Numbered from the stretch's first letter, positions 8,964 to 18,718 are shown. The stretch is DNA of 64,000 nt from Pseudomonadota bacterium (GCA_043823065.1 JBDRBB010000010.1:64001-128000); one strand, 5' to 3'. Numbers and translations are program-made. The notes: generated by a model from the sequence alone, not told the origin.

Positions 8964-10258
8964 CATTTTTAGATTTTAGCACAAGTAGTTTTAGTTTTTG
9001 TCCAGGCTGTTCTCATGAAAATGTTTTGCTACATTTAAATCAAGCCATGAGTCAAGCTGGACTAGATCAAAAGCAAACTGTTTTAGTCACTGATATTGGC
9101 TGCCACGGCGTTGCTGATAAATTTTTCAGGCTACATACCTTGCACGGTTTGCATGGACGATCATTTACCTATGCCTGCGGCGCCAAATTGGCCAACCCAA
9201 AACTAAACGTTTTGGTCTTAGTTGGCGATGGTGGTTGCGGAATTGGTGGGCATCATCTGTTAAACGCTGCCAGACGCAATATCGGCATCAAGGTCTTTTG
9301 TTTTAATAATTTTAATTTTGGCATGACTGGCGGAGAACATAGCGTTACCTCGCCCATGCAAAGCATTACTCATTCCACTCCTCAAGGAAATATAGAACGG
9401 CCATTTGACTTATGTGCTTTGGTTTTAGCTGCTCAAGCTAGCTGGGTTGGCCGCACCACAGCTTTTGAAAATGATCAAGTTGAGCTGATGAGCAAAGCCT
9501 TACTTCACCCAGGATTTGCATTTTTGGATATTCTAGAACTTTGCCCAGCCTATTATTCAAAATTAAACAAATATAATAAACAGTCACTATATCAAATGGT
9601 GGCTGATCAAAATCTGCAGCTTGGTATTTTAAAACAAGATTTATTTCCAGAACTTGCTCAAACCATACACAACAATCTTCAAACCAATCCCAAAGCTTAT
9701 TTTCCAGTTGAGCCTATTCAACCAAAATTTAGGGCTGATTTAACTGAAGATTGTTCAATTGTTTTGGCAGGCAGTGCAGGCCAAAAAATTATCTCAGCTG
9801 CCTCATTGCTGGCCAAAGCTGCCTTGTCGTGTAAATTATTTGCCACTCAACAAAATGAATATGGGATCATGGTCCAAAAGGGGCATTCTATATCAGAACT
9901 TAAAATTTCCTCTCAAAAGATTTTTTACCCAGCTGTTAGCAAACCCCAGGCTATAATAATTACCTCTTTAGATGGCTTAGAAAAATGCCAACACTTTTTT
10001 GCTAGGCTGAGCAAGAAAGATCTAGTAATTATTACTAGCGATTGCCCAGAAATTTCCACCAAGGCTCAAGTGCATAAACTAGATATCAAAGACTTAGGGC
10101 TTCTGCAGACCACAAAAATAATCGCGCTTATTGCTTATCTTTTACAACACAGAAAAATTATACCTGCAGAAGCATTTAAATCCATGTTGAACGAAATTCC
10201 TCAAGAAAAAATTCGAGAAGAAAACTTAAAAGCTTATGAAGCAGGAAATAAACTATAA
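8960..10258 (+). CDS. 2-oxoacid:ferredoxin oxidoreductase beta subunit fused to gamma domain
   Basis: FCPGC, DIGC, TPP motif GDGG...NN; C-terminal LAGSAGQKIISAA gamma-like domain. Confidence 0.88.
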   Translation: MTFLDFSTSSFSFCPGCSHENVLLHLNQAMSQAGLDQKQTVLVTDIGCHGVADKFFRLHTLHGLHGRSFTYACGAKLANPKLNVLVLVGDGGCGIGGHHLLNAARRNIGIKVFCFNNFNFGMTGGEHSVTSPMQSITHSTPQGNIERPFDLCALVLAAQASWVGRTTAFENDQVELMSKALLHPGFAFLDILELCPAYYSKLNKYNKQSLYQMVADQNLQLGILKQDLFPELAQTIHNNLQTNPKAYFPVEPIQPKFRADLTEDCSIVLAGSAGQKIISAASLLAKAALSCKLFATQQNEYGIMVQKGHSISELKISSQKIFYPAVSKPQAIIITSLDGLEKCQHFFARLSKKDLVIITSDCPEISTKAQVHKLDIKDLGLLQTTKIIALIAYLLQHRKIIPAEAFKSMLNEIPQEKIREENLKAYEAGNKL

Positions 10259-10266
10259 ATATTTTA

Positions 10267-10384
10267 TATTGTGATAGTGGCGTAGGGCGGCTTTTTTTAT
10301 TTTCCCGGTATGACGAAAAAAAAGAATATGCCAAAATGTTCATAGGGAAATAAAAAAAGTCGGCCGAGAGCTACTATCACAATA
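10267..10384 (+). repeat. Structured hairpin repeat, family 2, copy 1
   Basis: tattgtgatagtggc-gtag-ggcggctttt...aaaagtcggcc-gaga-gctactatcacaata; homologous to 36588-36707. Confidence 0.75.
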
Positions 10385-10399
10385 AAGAAAGAGGATTTT

Positions 10400-11581
10400 A
10401 TGGCCCAACTAAACTGTCCTGATTATTTCAATTTAAGCTCTCTACTTTCTGAAGAAGAAATAATGATCCAGAATGCTACGCGCGATTTTGTAGATAATGA
10501 AGTCTTGCCCATTATCACAGAACATCACAGGCAAGCTAGCTTTCCAGCAGACCTGGTTCCAAAGTTAGCTGGCCTTGGTTATTTTGGCGCAAATGTACCT
10601 GCCCAATATGGCGGAGCTGGCCTGAATAATGTTGCTTATGGTCTAGCTCTCCAAGAACTAGAAAGAGGGGACAGTGGAGTACGCAGCATGTGTTCAGTGC
10701 AAACCAGCTTAGTGATGTATCCCATTTTACAATGGGGTTCTGAAGAACAAAAAAATCTTTGGCTGCCAAAACTGGCCAAGGGAGAGGCAATTGGTTGTTT
10801 TGGCTTAACTGAACCGGATTTTGGTTCTGATCCAGGCGGATTAGTTTGCAGGGCAACCCGCCAAGGCGACAAATGGATACTAAATGGCCAAAAGATGTGG
10901 ATTACTAACGGCACTATTGCTGATTTAGCTATTGTCTGGGCCAAAGATGATAATAATGAAATCCGCGCCTTTTTAGTAGAAAAGAACACGCCTGGTTTTA
11001 GTGCGCCAGAAACCAAAGGCAAATGGTCTTTGCGCGCCTCAGTTACTTCTGAATTAATTTTAGATGATGTAAAAGTTTCCCATCAAACCCATTGTCTGGA
11101 AAAAGCTGTTGGCTTGAAATGCGCGCTAGCTTGCCTTAATCAGGCCCGTTACGGCATTGCTTGGGGAGCTTTGGGTACAGCCATGAATTGCTATGAAACC
11201 GCACTTAATTATGCTAAAGAGCGCATCCAATTTGATCAGCCAATTGCCCGCTATCAAATTACGCAAGAAAAACTAGTCTGGATGTTAAATGAAATTACCA
11301 AAGGTCAATTTTTGGTTCTGCAGCTTGGCCGCTTAAAAGATGCAAAAACCATGAAACATCAACAAGTTTCTCTGGCCAAGAGAAACAATGTAAACATTGC
11401 TAGAAAATGTACCAGGTTAGCGCGAGAAATCTTAGGAGCAGCAGGCATTGTAGATGATTATCCAATCATGCGCCATATGATGAACATAGAAAGTGTTTAT
11501 ACTTATGAAGGCACGCATGACATGCATACTTTAATTATTGGCGCGGATATTACAGGATTTGAAGCATACAGAGTGAAATGA
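10400..11581 (+). CDS. gcdH: Glutaryl-CoA dehydrogenase
   Basis: ELERGDSGVRS, GCFGLTEPDFGSDPG, YTYEGTHDMHTLIIG signature of GCDH-type acyl-CoA dehydrogenases. Confidence 0.88.
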   Translation: MAQLNCPDYFNLSSLLSEEEIMIQNATRDFVDNEVLPIITEHHRQASFPADLVPKLAGLGYFGANVPAQYGGAGLNNVAYGLALQELERGDSGVRSMCSVQTSLVMYPILQWGSEEQKNLWLPKLAKGEAIGCFGLTEPDFGSDPGGLVCRATRQGDKWILNGQKMWITNGTIADLAIVWAKDDNNEIRAFLVEKNTPGFSAPETKGKWSLRASVTSELILDDVKVSHQTHCLEKAVGLKCALACLNQARYGIAWGALGTAMNCYETALNYAKERIQFDQPIARYQITQEKLVWMLNEITKGQFLVLQLGRLKDAKTMKHQQVSLAKRNNVNIARKCTRLAREILGAAGIVDDYPIMRHMMNIESVYTYEGTHDMHTLIIGADITGFEAYRVK

Positions 11582-12879
11582 AAAATAATCTAATAGCAAT
11601 CCGTAACGAAGAAAAAAAAGGTGAGCGACGCACTCCTCTTGTTCCCCAAGATATCCAAACCTTAATCAAAAAAGCTGGTTTATCATTTATAGTGCAATCA
11701 TCAAAGCAGCGCATTTTTTCAGACCAGGAATTTGCGCAAGTTGGGGCAAAAATCAAATCAGATGTTCTAGAAGGTAATTTAATTATTGGTATTAAAGAAA
11801 TCCCTGCCAAATTAATTGAAAAGCAAAAAGTATATTTATTTTTTTCCCACACAATTAAAGGCCAGAAATATAACATGCCTTTGCTTGCCAAGATCATGGC
11901 CCAAAAAGCAACTTTAATAGATTATGAACGCATTGTGGATGAAAAAAATAGACGTTTGATTTTTTTTGGCCAAGAAGCAGGCCAAGCTGGCCTGATTAAC
12001 ACGCTCTGGGCCTTTGGCCAGCGCCTAAAATTTGAAGGAATAGAAAACCCCTTTTTCCACATTAAACAAGCTCATCAATATAAAGACCTTCAAGATGCCC
12101 TTGATTCCACCTCGAAAGTGGGACAGGTCCTTATGGAAAGCGGGTTTGCGGCAAAACTGGCTCCTTTAGTCATAGGCATTGCTGGTTATGGGCATGTATC
12201 ACACGGGGTCCAGCAAATCTTAGATCATCTTCCTGTAACTAAAATTTCTCCAGATGATTTACCAGCGCTCTTTCAAAAAAAGTCAGCTAATAACAAAACT
12301 GTCTATAAAGTTGTATTTCACGAAGAACACCTGGTAGAACCAATCTCCAAAAGCGACAAGTTTGTGCTTCAAGACTATTATGATCATCCTGAAAAATATC
12401 GCTCCAAATTTCAGCAATATCTTCCATATCTAACTATTTTGGTGAACTGCATTTTTTGGACTTTGAAATATCCCAGGTTTGTCACCAAACATGATGCTAA
12501 AAATCTTAATCTGCGCTTAAAAGTTATTGGCGATATTTCCTGCGACATAAACGGCGCCATTGAATTTACTGCTAAAGCCACAACACAAGAAAACCCTGTG
12601 TTTGTTTATAATCCTAAAAATGATACTATTTCAGATGGTTTAAAAGGAGAAGGCATTGCGGTCATGGCCATAGATAATCTACCTAGCGAACTGCCTAAAG
12701 ATGCATCTAGGCATTTTAGTAATATGTTAAAAAAATATATACCTGATTTAGCTCAAGCTAATTTTTCAGCAAGTTTTAAGCAATTAAAACTGCCCGCAGA
12801 ACTGAAAAGGGCGATTATTGTATATCAAGGAGAATTAACTCCATATTATAAATATTTAGAAGAATATTTAAAATTATGA
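11578..12879 (+). CDS. Lysine-2-oxoglutarate reductase domain protein (AlaDH/PNT superfamily)
   Basis: ERRTPLVP, FFSHTIKGQKYNMPLL, LIDYE, GDISCD, IDNLPSELP. Confidence 0.82.
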   Translation: MKNNLIAIRNEEKKGERRTPLVPQDIQTLIKKAGLSFIVQSSKQRIFSDQEFAQVGAKIKSDVLEGNLIIGIKEIPAKLIEKQKVYLFFSHTIKGQKYNMPLLAKIMAQKATLIDYERIVDEKNRRLIFFGQEAGQAGLINTLWAFGQRLKFEGIENPFFHIKQAHQYKDLQDALDSTSKVGQVLMESGFAAKLAPLVIGIAGYGHVSHGVQQILDHLPVTKISPDDLPALFQKKSANNKTVYKVVFHEEHLVEPISKSDKFVLQDYYDHPEKYRSKFQQYLPYLTILVNCIFWTLKYPRFVTKHDAKNLNLRLKVIGDISCDINGAIEFTAKATTQENPVFVYNPKNDTISDGLKGEGIAVMAIDNLPSELPKDASRHFSNMLKKYIPDLAQANFSASFKQLKLPAELKRAIIVYQGELTPYYKYLEEYLKL

Positions 12880-14213
12880 AAAAAAACATTCTAGTGCTTG
12901 GCGCTGGACTAGTGGCCAAACCATTAGTCAAATATCTTTTAGACCATGGCTATAATGTGGCTGTGGCAACGCGCACTATTCAAAAAGCTCTAAACCTGAT
13001 TGACAGACATCCCCATGCTCTAGCCCTTAGCCTAAACATTAACCATAAACACATTTTAGATAATTTTGTGGCTAAAGCTGATTTGGTTATCAGCCTTTTG
13101 CCCAATACCCTACATGTACCAGTAGCCAGGGTTTGTTTAAAATTTAAAAAACACTTAATCACCACTTCTTATGTTAGCAAACAAATGAACTGTTTAGATC
13201 AAAGGGCTAAAGCAGCCAAAGTTATTTTCTTGAATGAAATTGGTCTGGATCCAGGCATTGATCATATGTCTGCTATGGCCATCATTCACGATGTGCAAGC
13301 TAATGGTGGAAAAATTATCAGTTTTGAATCCATGTGCGGTGGTTTACCTGCTCCTGAATTCAATAATAATCCTTTGGGCTATAAATTTTCCTGGGGTCCG
13401 CGCGGCGTGGTTCTGGCTTCAAAAAATAACGCCCTGTATCTTAAAGATGGCAAAAAAATTACCGTAGTTGGCAAACATCTTTTTGAGCATCACTGGCAGA
13501 TAAAAATTCCTCCTTTAGGTGAATTTGAAGTTTATCCTAATCGTGATTCCCTATCATATATAGATAAATATGGTTTAGCTGGAATTAAAACCATGTTTCG
13601 CGGAACCTTAAGAAATATTGGTTGGTGTGAAACCTGGAAGAGTCTTGGTGAATTAGGTTTATTAAATGATAAAGCTAAATACAATTTTACTCGCTTAACG
13701 TATCGCGAATTCCTAACCAATTTAATTCAGAGCAAAGGTCAATATTTGGCTCAGGATCTGGCTAGCTATTTAGAAATTGATTCTAATTCAGAAATAATTA
13801 AACGCCTGAAGTGGTTAGGCTTATTAAGCGCCCAAAAACCCAAGCTAAACAAAGGCACGGCTTTAGATCTTTTAGTAGATCTGCTTTTTGAAAAAATGCA
13901 GTACCAGCCTGGCGAACAAGATATGGTAGTTTTGCACCATAAGTTCAGGATAAAATATGGCCGGCAAATTCAAGAGAGATTCTCCACCTTAATAGCTTTT
14001 GGCCAGCCCAATGGCTATAGCGCCATGTCTGGTATGGTTGGTTTGCCAGCAGCTATTGCCGCACGTTTGATTTTAGAAGGAAAAATTAAACTAACTGGCG
14101 TGCAAATTCCTGTGCATCAACAAATATATGAACCTGTGCTCAAAGAATTGGGTGAATTTGGCATGAAGTTTATTGATAAGCGCAAGAAGGTACAACATGA
14201 GCATCATAACTAA
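12876..14213 (+). CDS. Saccharopine dehydrogenase (glutamate-forming type)
   Basis: GAGLVA Rossmann motif, NEIGLDPGIDHM, CGGLPAP, YPNRDSL, RGTLR. Confidence 0.9.
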   Translation: MKKNILVLGAGLVAKPLVKYLLDHGYNVAVATRTIQKALNLIDRHPHALALSLNINHKHILDNFVAKADLVISLLPNTLHVPVARVCLKFKKHLITTSYVSKQMNCLDQRAKAAKVIFLNEIGLDPGIDHMSAMAIIHDVQANGGKIISFESMCGGLPAPEFNNNPLGYKFSWGPRGVVLASKNNALYLKDGKKITVVGKHLFEHHWQIKIPPLGEFEVYPNRDSLSYIDKYGLAGIKTMFRGTLRNIGWCETWKSLGELGLLNDKAKYNFTRLTYREFLTNLIQSKGQYLAQDLASYLEIDSNSEIIKRLKWLGLLSAQKPKLNKGTALDLLVDLLFEKMQYQPGEQDMVVLHHKFRIKYGRQIQERFSTLIAFGQPNGYSAMSGMVGLPAAIAARLILEGKIKLTGVQIPVHQQIYEPVLKELGEFGMKFIDKRKKVQHEHHN

Positions 14214-14679
14214 AACAGGCGATAAAGGAACTACCAAAACCTTAGCTGGAAATACTGTTTCTAAAACAAATCTGCAAATTATTGCCGGTGGCACTTTAGA
14301 TGAATTAATTTCTTGTTTGGGTTTGGCCAAAACTTTAGGATCTAAAACCCAAACTCAAGACATTACCAATATCCAAAATAAATTGATCAAAATTGGCGCA
14401 GAGATTTCCTCTCTGAATCCAGAGATAACAGATAAAGATATAGCAGAAATTGAAACTAAAATAACGGAACTTGAAAAAAATATAAAACTTCCCAAAGAAT
14501 TAATTATTCCTGGCAATAATCCAGGATCAGCAGGCTTGGATTTAGCTCGCGCCATTGCCAGGAGAATGGAAAGGGAAGTTGTTGAGCTTCAAGAAAAAGG
14601 AATAATTAAAAACAAACAATTGCTAATATATTGTAATCGTCTGTCAGATTATTTGTTTTTACTAGCTAGACAGGCGTAA
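14197..14679 (+). CDS. PduO-type cob(I)alamin adenosyltransferase
   Basis: ITKTGDKGTT, GTLDEL, ARRMER, NRLSDYLFLLAR. Confidence 0.9.
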   Translation: MSIITKTGDKGTTKTLAGNTVSKTNLQIIAGGTLDELISCLGLAKTLGSKTQTQDITNIQNKLIKIGAEISSLNPEITDKDIAEIETKITELEKNIKLPKELIIPGNNPGSAGLDLARAIARRMEREVVELQEKGIIKNKQLLIYCNRLSDYLFLLARQA

Positions 14680-14711
14680 CACGCTGTCCGCAATGACAAA
14701 GAGGCACACCT

Positions 14712-15032
14712 ATGACTAACCTAATGATTGTCTTGGTAACTATTAATGATAAAAAAGAGGCAGCCCAACTCGCTAAAAAAATTGTAGGCAAACGTTTGGC
14801 TGCTTGCGTAAATATTATCCCTGATTTACATTCAATTTACGAATGGGATGGTGGGATTCAAGATGAAAAAGAATTGTTGCTTATCATGAAAACCACACCA
14901 CAAAATATTGCTGAACTCAAAGAATTTGTAGAAGCAAATCACCCCTATGAAGTTCCTGAGTTTGTTGTTTTAGATGCAGCAGATGTTTCAGAAAATTACT
15001 TAAGGTGGGTGCAAAAAAATACTCTATCCTGA
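14712..15032 (+). CDS. cutA: Divalent-cation tolerance protein CutA
   Basis: RLAACVNI, SIYEWDG, HPYEVPE. Confidence 0.92.
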   Translation: MTNLMIVLVTINDKKEAAQLAKKIVGKRLAACVNIIPDLHSIYEWDGGIQDEKELLLIMKTTPQNIAELKEFVEANHPYEVPEFVVLDAADVSENYLRWVQKNTLS

Positions 15033-15749
15033 AGAAATAACTCGGCCAATTTTTGGTCCAGTTTCTCTAGAAGCAAAAAACAATTTACGGGCAACTTCCA
15101 TAGCACGTTTTTCTGCAGCATAAGCTTCTTCTAAGATTGCAACTCTGGTTGCAGTGTTATGATATTTCCGACAAGGAAGCTCTCTTTTATTTTTCTTTAT
15201 TTTATGCAAGGTTTCTAAAAACTGAATCATTTCATCTGGGGTAAAACCCATTAAAAAAAGAGCCCTACCAGCAAAACCATCTGCGTCAGCTTCTTCATCT
15301 CTCCTGATTTCAAAAATTTGCTCCCAATTCAGATGCGACCAATCTTTGCCGCGCGGCAGATCGCTCATCATATGGCCCCATTCATGGGCTAAAATTGCCG
15401 CAACTAAAGCTTCATTGTTGCCAAATTGCTGCAGAAATTCCACACCCACATACACATTATCTTCTTCATCAACTGATGCGACCACACCATGAGCTGGAAT
15501 AAATTTCTTGCCTTTTTTACGGGAAATTAGGGCCAGTTTCTTGCGCAGCCTTTCAAGCATGCCACTTGGTTCAAACATTTCTGCTACTTCTTTGGGAATT
15601 TCACCTTGATTAGCCAAACGAGGGATGGGCTCACCCATCATCTTCTTGATTTCATTAGCATTTCCAATATTTCCACCTGTAGATTCAACTCTCTTCATCC
15701 ACGGAGGTGGTAGTCTGGACATTGCTGCTGATACTTTCTCAATAGACAT
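15024..15749 (-). CDS. Zn-metallopeptidase, M48-like (HEXXH)
   Basis: AILAHEWGH plus downstream EEADAD and H..TATR motifs. Confidence 0.7.
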   Translation of the reverse strand: MSIEKVSAAMSRLPPPWMKRVESTGGNIGNANEIKKMMGEPIPRLANQGEIPKEVAEMFEPSGMLERLRKKLALISRKKGKKFIPAHGVVASVDEEDNVYVGVEFLQQFGNNEALVAAILAHEWGHMMSDLPRGKDWSHLNWEQIFEIRRDEEADADGFAGRALFLMGFTPDEMIQFLETLHKIKKNKRELPCRKYHNTATRVAILEEAYAAEKRAMEVARKLFFASRETGPKIGRVISSG

Positions 15750-15806
15750 ATTTTCCCTTTAACTCAAATTGCCCATTTGGGCAAGTTTTCCCATTATCTA
15801 TATATA

Positions 15807-15834
15807 TTTATCGGTATTACCCTTAAAATGTTGC
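15807..15834 (-). promoter_or_regulatory. sigma28-like promoter GCAAC-N15-CCGATAAA
   Basis: -10 matches the FliA GCCGATAA type; same motif and spacing at 18030-18057. Confidence 0.55.
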
Positions 15835-15848
15835 GATGTTTATGGCTA

Positions 15849-18020
15849 TTACTCTGATGACCTGAAATAGCTATCATTTGGGTTATAACCATCTATAAAG
15901 GCTCTATTGGGGGGTTGGGTTTTGGATGACCTACTTGATCGTAGCATTTGCCCGGCCTGTGAATTCCAATAACTATCATGCAGCACATATCCACTGCTAT
16001 CAGGCTGGAGAGAATTTACTCTTGGGCCATAAAATTCAAAGGGATCAAAAAATGCTTCATTAGTTACAGTTGGTTGAGCCTCTCCGTGTCCCATTTGACG
16101 CAAAAAATTGCGGGCCACACCTATCACGCTATCAGCAGCACGAGAATCATCTGGTAAATTTCTAAACTCTAATTCCAAAGCACCTGCTGCGCTGCGCCTT
16201 AGATAACCGAAACTTTGCCTAGCTAATGATCTGCCAGCTATAGCTGGATGGGTATTTACCAAAACTGCCATTGCTCTAAGAATTGTCTGATGAGCAGCAA
16301 AAGATTCTCTTAAAGACCCATTAACTAAACCAATAATTTGTTCGCCTCCTATCTCGCGAATTTCAAAGGCCAAGTTAGCACCTTGTTCTTGTATTACTGC
16401 AGCAAATCCAACCTGATCGCCAGATCTTACAAATAATACATCATGAACTCCTCCATCTTGTCTCATATCTATGGTAACCCTCACATATCTGCCTATGCCT
16501 CTAGAATCTGCAGTTAAAACTTCTTGTATCCTTGGCTCAAATGATGGCGCAGAAACTCTCAATCTTCTAGCTGCGGCATTTTCTGGATTAGTTTCTACAA
16601 GAGGAGCTAATAAATCATTTATCGAATCTCTCAGATTTCTAACTGATCCTCGATTAATAACTGAGTGCAAAATAGACATTCTTTGCTTTCGAGAAGCAAG
16701 CGCTGGATGTTCAAGATTTCGACCTATTCTAATTAATACAGTTAATATGGATAGATGTTCATTTAGCAATGTTCTGATATTAATAGGTATTTCAAATCTA
16801 TTTAATACCAACTCTATCCCCATTATTTGAGATTCATCATATACCGCACCAAGCGCTTGTCCTTCTGATGTTGAAAACCAGGCATTCAGCTCACCAGTTA
16901 TTTCAGCTTCTCTTGCCAATAAAATTTGCACATCTTCTGAAGTAGGCTCCATGGGCCTGCCATGACTCCTAGTTGATTCAAGATTGGCAATTATTTGTGC
17001 CACTGTTGGCTGACAATTTCTAGCATTACCACTGCCAGTTCCAGTTGAAGCAATACTTCCATCAGCATTTAATTCCAGACTCATCCTCATTTGATCTAAA
17101 GGTTCTGCATGACGATTTGTGGGGCTTGGAATTAATTTTTGACCAATTGGTGCTTGATTAGGAGGAGCAACTGCTTCAGGAATGGCTGGCATTGAATCTC
17201 TAGAAAACAAACGCAAACCCCTTAAAAAACCAATGGCTCGCCTGGAATCTCTGGTAATACCACCAACAAAAGGCAAACAAATTACACTGGTTGAAATACT
17301 CATTCCAAAATCATGATAATGATTATTTAGCGCTTCAATTTCTTGCTGATTGCTTGGATTAGAAAATAATATGTGTGATCCATGCCAAGCTACACCACCT
17401 AGCCCAGCTACAAGACCAAGTCTGCCTATGGCAATAGCTACCCCAGGCATAAATGCAGCTAACACCATAAAACAAAGCAGGGCTAGCTTGGCGTGAGTAT
17501 CGCTAAAATCAAAACCGCGTAAAATACCTTCCATAAACCTGGCTTCATTAGAAGCTAGATTAGTATCTCTACCTTCAGTTAAGATTTGATAGGCGCGCAA
17601 AATTTCAGCATTGGTAAGTCTTGAATTTAGCTCATCTTCTAAGAGAGCTTCTAATATTGAATCTTTTTGATGACGCACCAAGAGCTCATTTGTGCGTTGT
17701 CCACCTAAAAGAAAGGCTAGTCTTTGCTCGACATCTGGCCGAAAGTTAGAATCCGTGCGAGATCTTTGATAAACTGCTAATAATTGTTCATTAAGAGGAT
17801 CTTCATCTGTGCCATCTTTTTGCGTGGCTTCATAAATTTGGCCAGCTACCCAAAAGATATCTCTTCTTCTTTGTTCTGCTTCTAAAATAGCTTCTCCTCG
17901 CAAAACAGCAGACATATTCATATCTCTAGCGCCTGGGCGCAATCTGCCTTGAGCAGCTAAATCAGCTAAAATATCCCTAGAAACTGGCCTGGTTTTTGAA
18001 ATTTCCCCAATTGAATACAT
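15849..18020 (-). CDS. Large orphan protein with a central hydrophobic hairpin
   Basis: 723-aa ORF with hydrophobic segments around aa 180-255; no recognisable family. Confidence 0.7.
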   Translation of the reverse strand: MYSIGEISKTRPVSRDILADLAAQGRLRPGARDMNMSAVLRGEAILEAEQRRRDIFWVAGQIYEATQKDGTDEDPLNEQLLAVYQRSRTDSNFRPDVEQRLAFLLGGQRTNELLVRHQKDSILEALLEDELNSRLTNAEILRAYQILTEGRDTNLASNEARFMEGILRGFDFSDTHAKLALLCFMVLAAFMPGVAIAIGRLGLVAGLGGVAWHGSHILFSNPSNQQEIEALNNHYHDFGMSISTSVICLPFVGGITRDSRRAIGFLRGLRLFSRDSMPAIPEAVAPPNQAPIGQKLIPSPTNRHAEPLDQMRMSLELNADGSIASTGTGSGNARNCQPTVAQIIANLESTRSHGRPMEPTSEDVQILLAREAEITGELNAWFSTSEGQALGAVYDESQIMGIELVLNRFEIPINIRTLLNEHLSILTVLIRIGRNLEHPALASRKQRMSILHSVINRGSVRNLRDSINDLLAPLVETNPENAAARRLRVSAPSFEPRIQEVLTADSRGIGRYVRVTIDMRQDGGVHDVLFVRSGDQVGFAAVIQEQGANLAFEIREIGGEQIIGLVNGSLRESFAAHQTILRAMAVLVNTHPAIAGRSLARQSFGYLRRSAAGALELEFRNLPDDSRAADSVIGVARNFLRQMGHGEAQPTVTNEAFFDPFEFYGPRVNSLQPDSSGYVLHDSYWNSQAGQMLRSSRSSKTQPPNRAFIDGYNPNDSYFRSSE

Positions 18021-18029
18021 AGCCTAATT

Positions 18030-18057
18030 TTTATCGCCTTTTTACCAAAAAAGTTGC
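18030..18057 (-). promoter_or_regulatory. sigma28-like promoter GCAAC-N15-GCGATAAA (likely near-leaderless mRNA)
   Basis: -10 ends 9 nt before the ATG at 18020; no SD. Confidence 0.5.
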
Positions 18058-18133
18058 TTAGAAATTGACAACACAATCAGCCAGGCATATTAATTCCCAA
18101 TTACTATTTTCGCAACCAACCAAAGGAGAAGTT

Positions 18134-18625
18134 ATGAAAAAAATCCTGATGTTAGCAGTAATGTTAGTTGTCGTACCCAGCTTGGCCCAGGCTGCCACTA
18201 CTTGCCATAGCGGCACCTACAAGGGCAAACTCTGGTCAGTTTCACCTGATATTAACAAAAAAGAAGCCACTCTGGTTGTTCAACAAAAAGGCACTGACTG
18301 TGTTGCTAATTTCCAAGCTGAAGGCGCTACTGAAGAATGGACCATTACTGCCAATAATACTTTGGTTCAAAAAGAATATGATACAAATGGAAATGTTGTA
18401 GCCACTTACAAAGCTACCTTAAATGGCGATAAATATTTCATCAATTGCGCAGATAAAACCAAAAATGTTTGCGACGCTGGTATTGATGCTCGCAACTATT
18501 GGGTGTTAAAAACCACGCCAACTACTTTCACCTATACTGTTTATGGTGTTGACTCTGCTAAAAAAGAAGATGCCACAGCCACAGTAAATAAACGCCACGA
18601 ATTTACTTTTAATAAAACAAACTAA
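18134..18625 (+). CDS. Secreted beta-rich hypothetical protein with 4 Cys
   Basis: SD aaggag, signal peptide MKKILML...AQA. Confidence 0.75.
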   Translation: MKKILMLAVMLVVVPSLAQAATTCHSGTYKGKLWSVSPDINKKEATLVVQQKGTDCVANFQAEGATEEWTITANNTLVQKEYDTNGNVVATYKATLNGDKYFINCADKTKNVCDAGIDARNYWVLKTTPTTFTYTVYGVDSAKKEDATATVNKRHEFTFNKTN

Positions 18626-18651
18626 AGTTATTTCACTATTGAAGTCAGTAA

Positions 18652-18718
18652 GTCATTCTGAGCGAAGCGAAGAATCCCACGATTTCCTTGGGATACTTCG
18701 CCTTCGGCTCAGCATGAC
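18652..18718. repeat. REP-like element (GTCATTCTGAGCGAAGCGAAGAATC type)
   Basis: gtcattctgagcgaagcgaagaatccc...gggatacttcgccttcggctcagcatgac between convergent genes. Confidence 0.75.
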
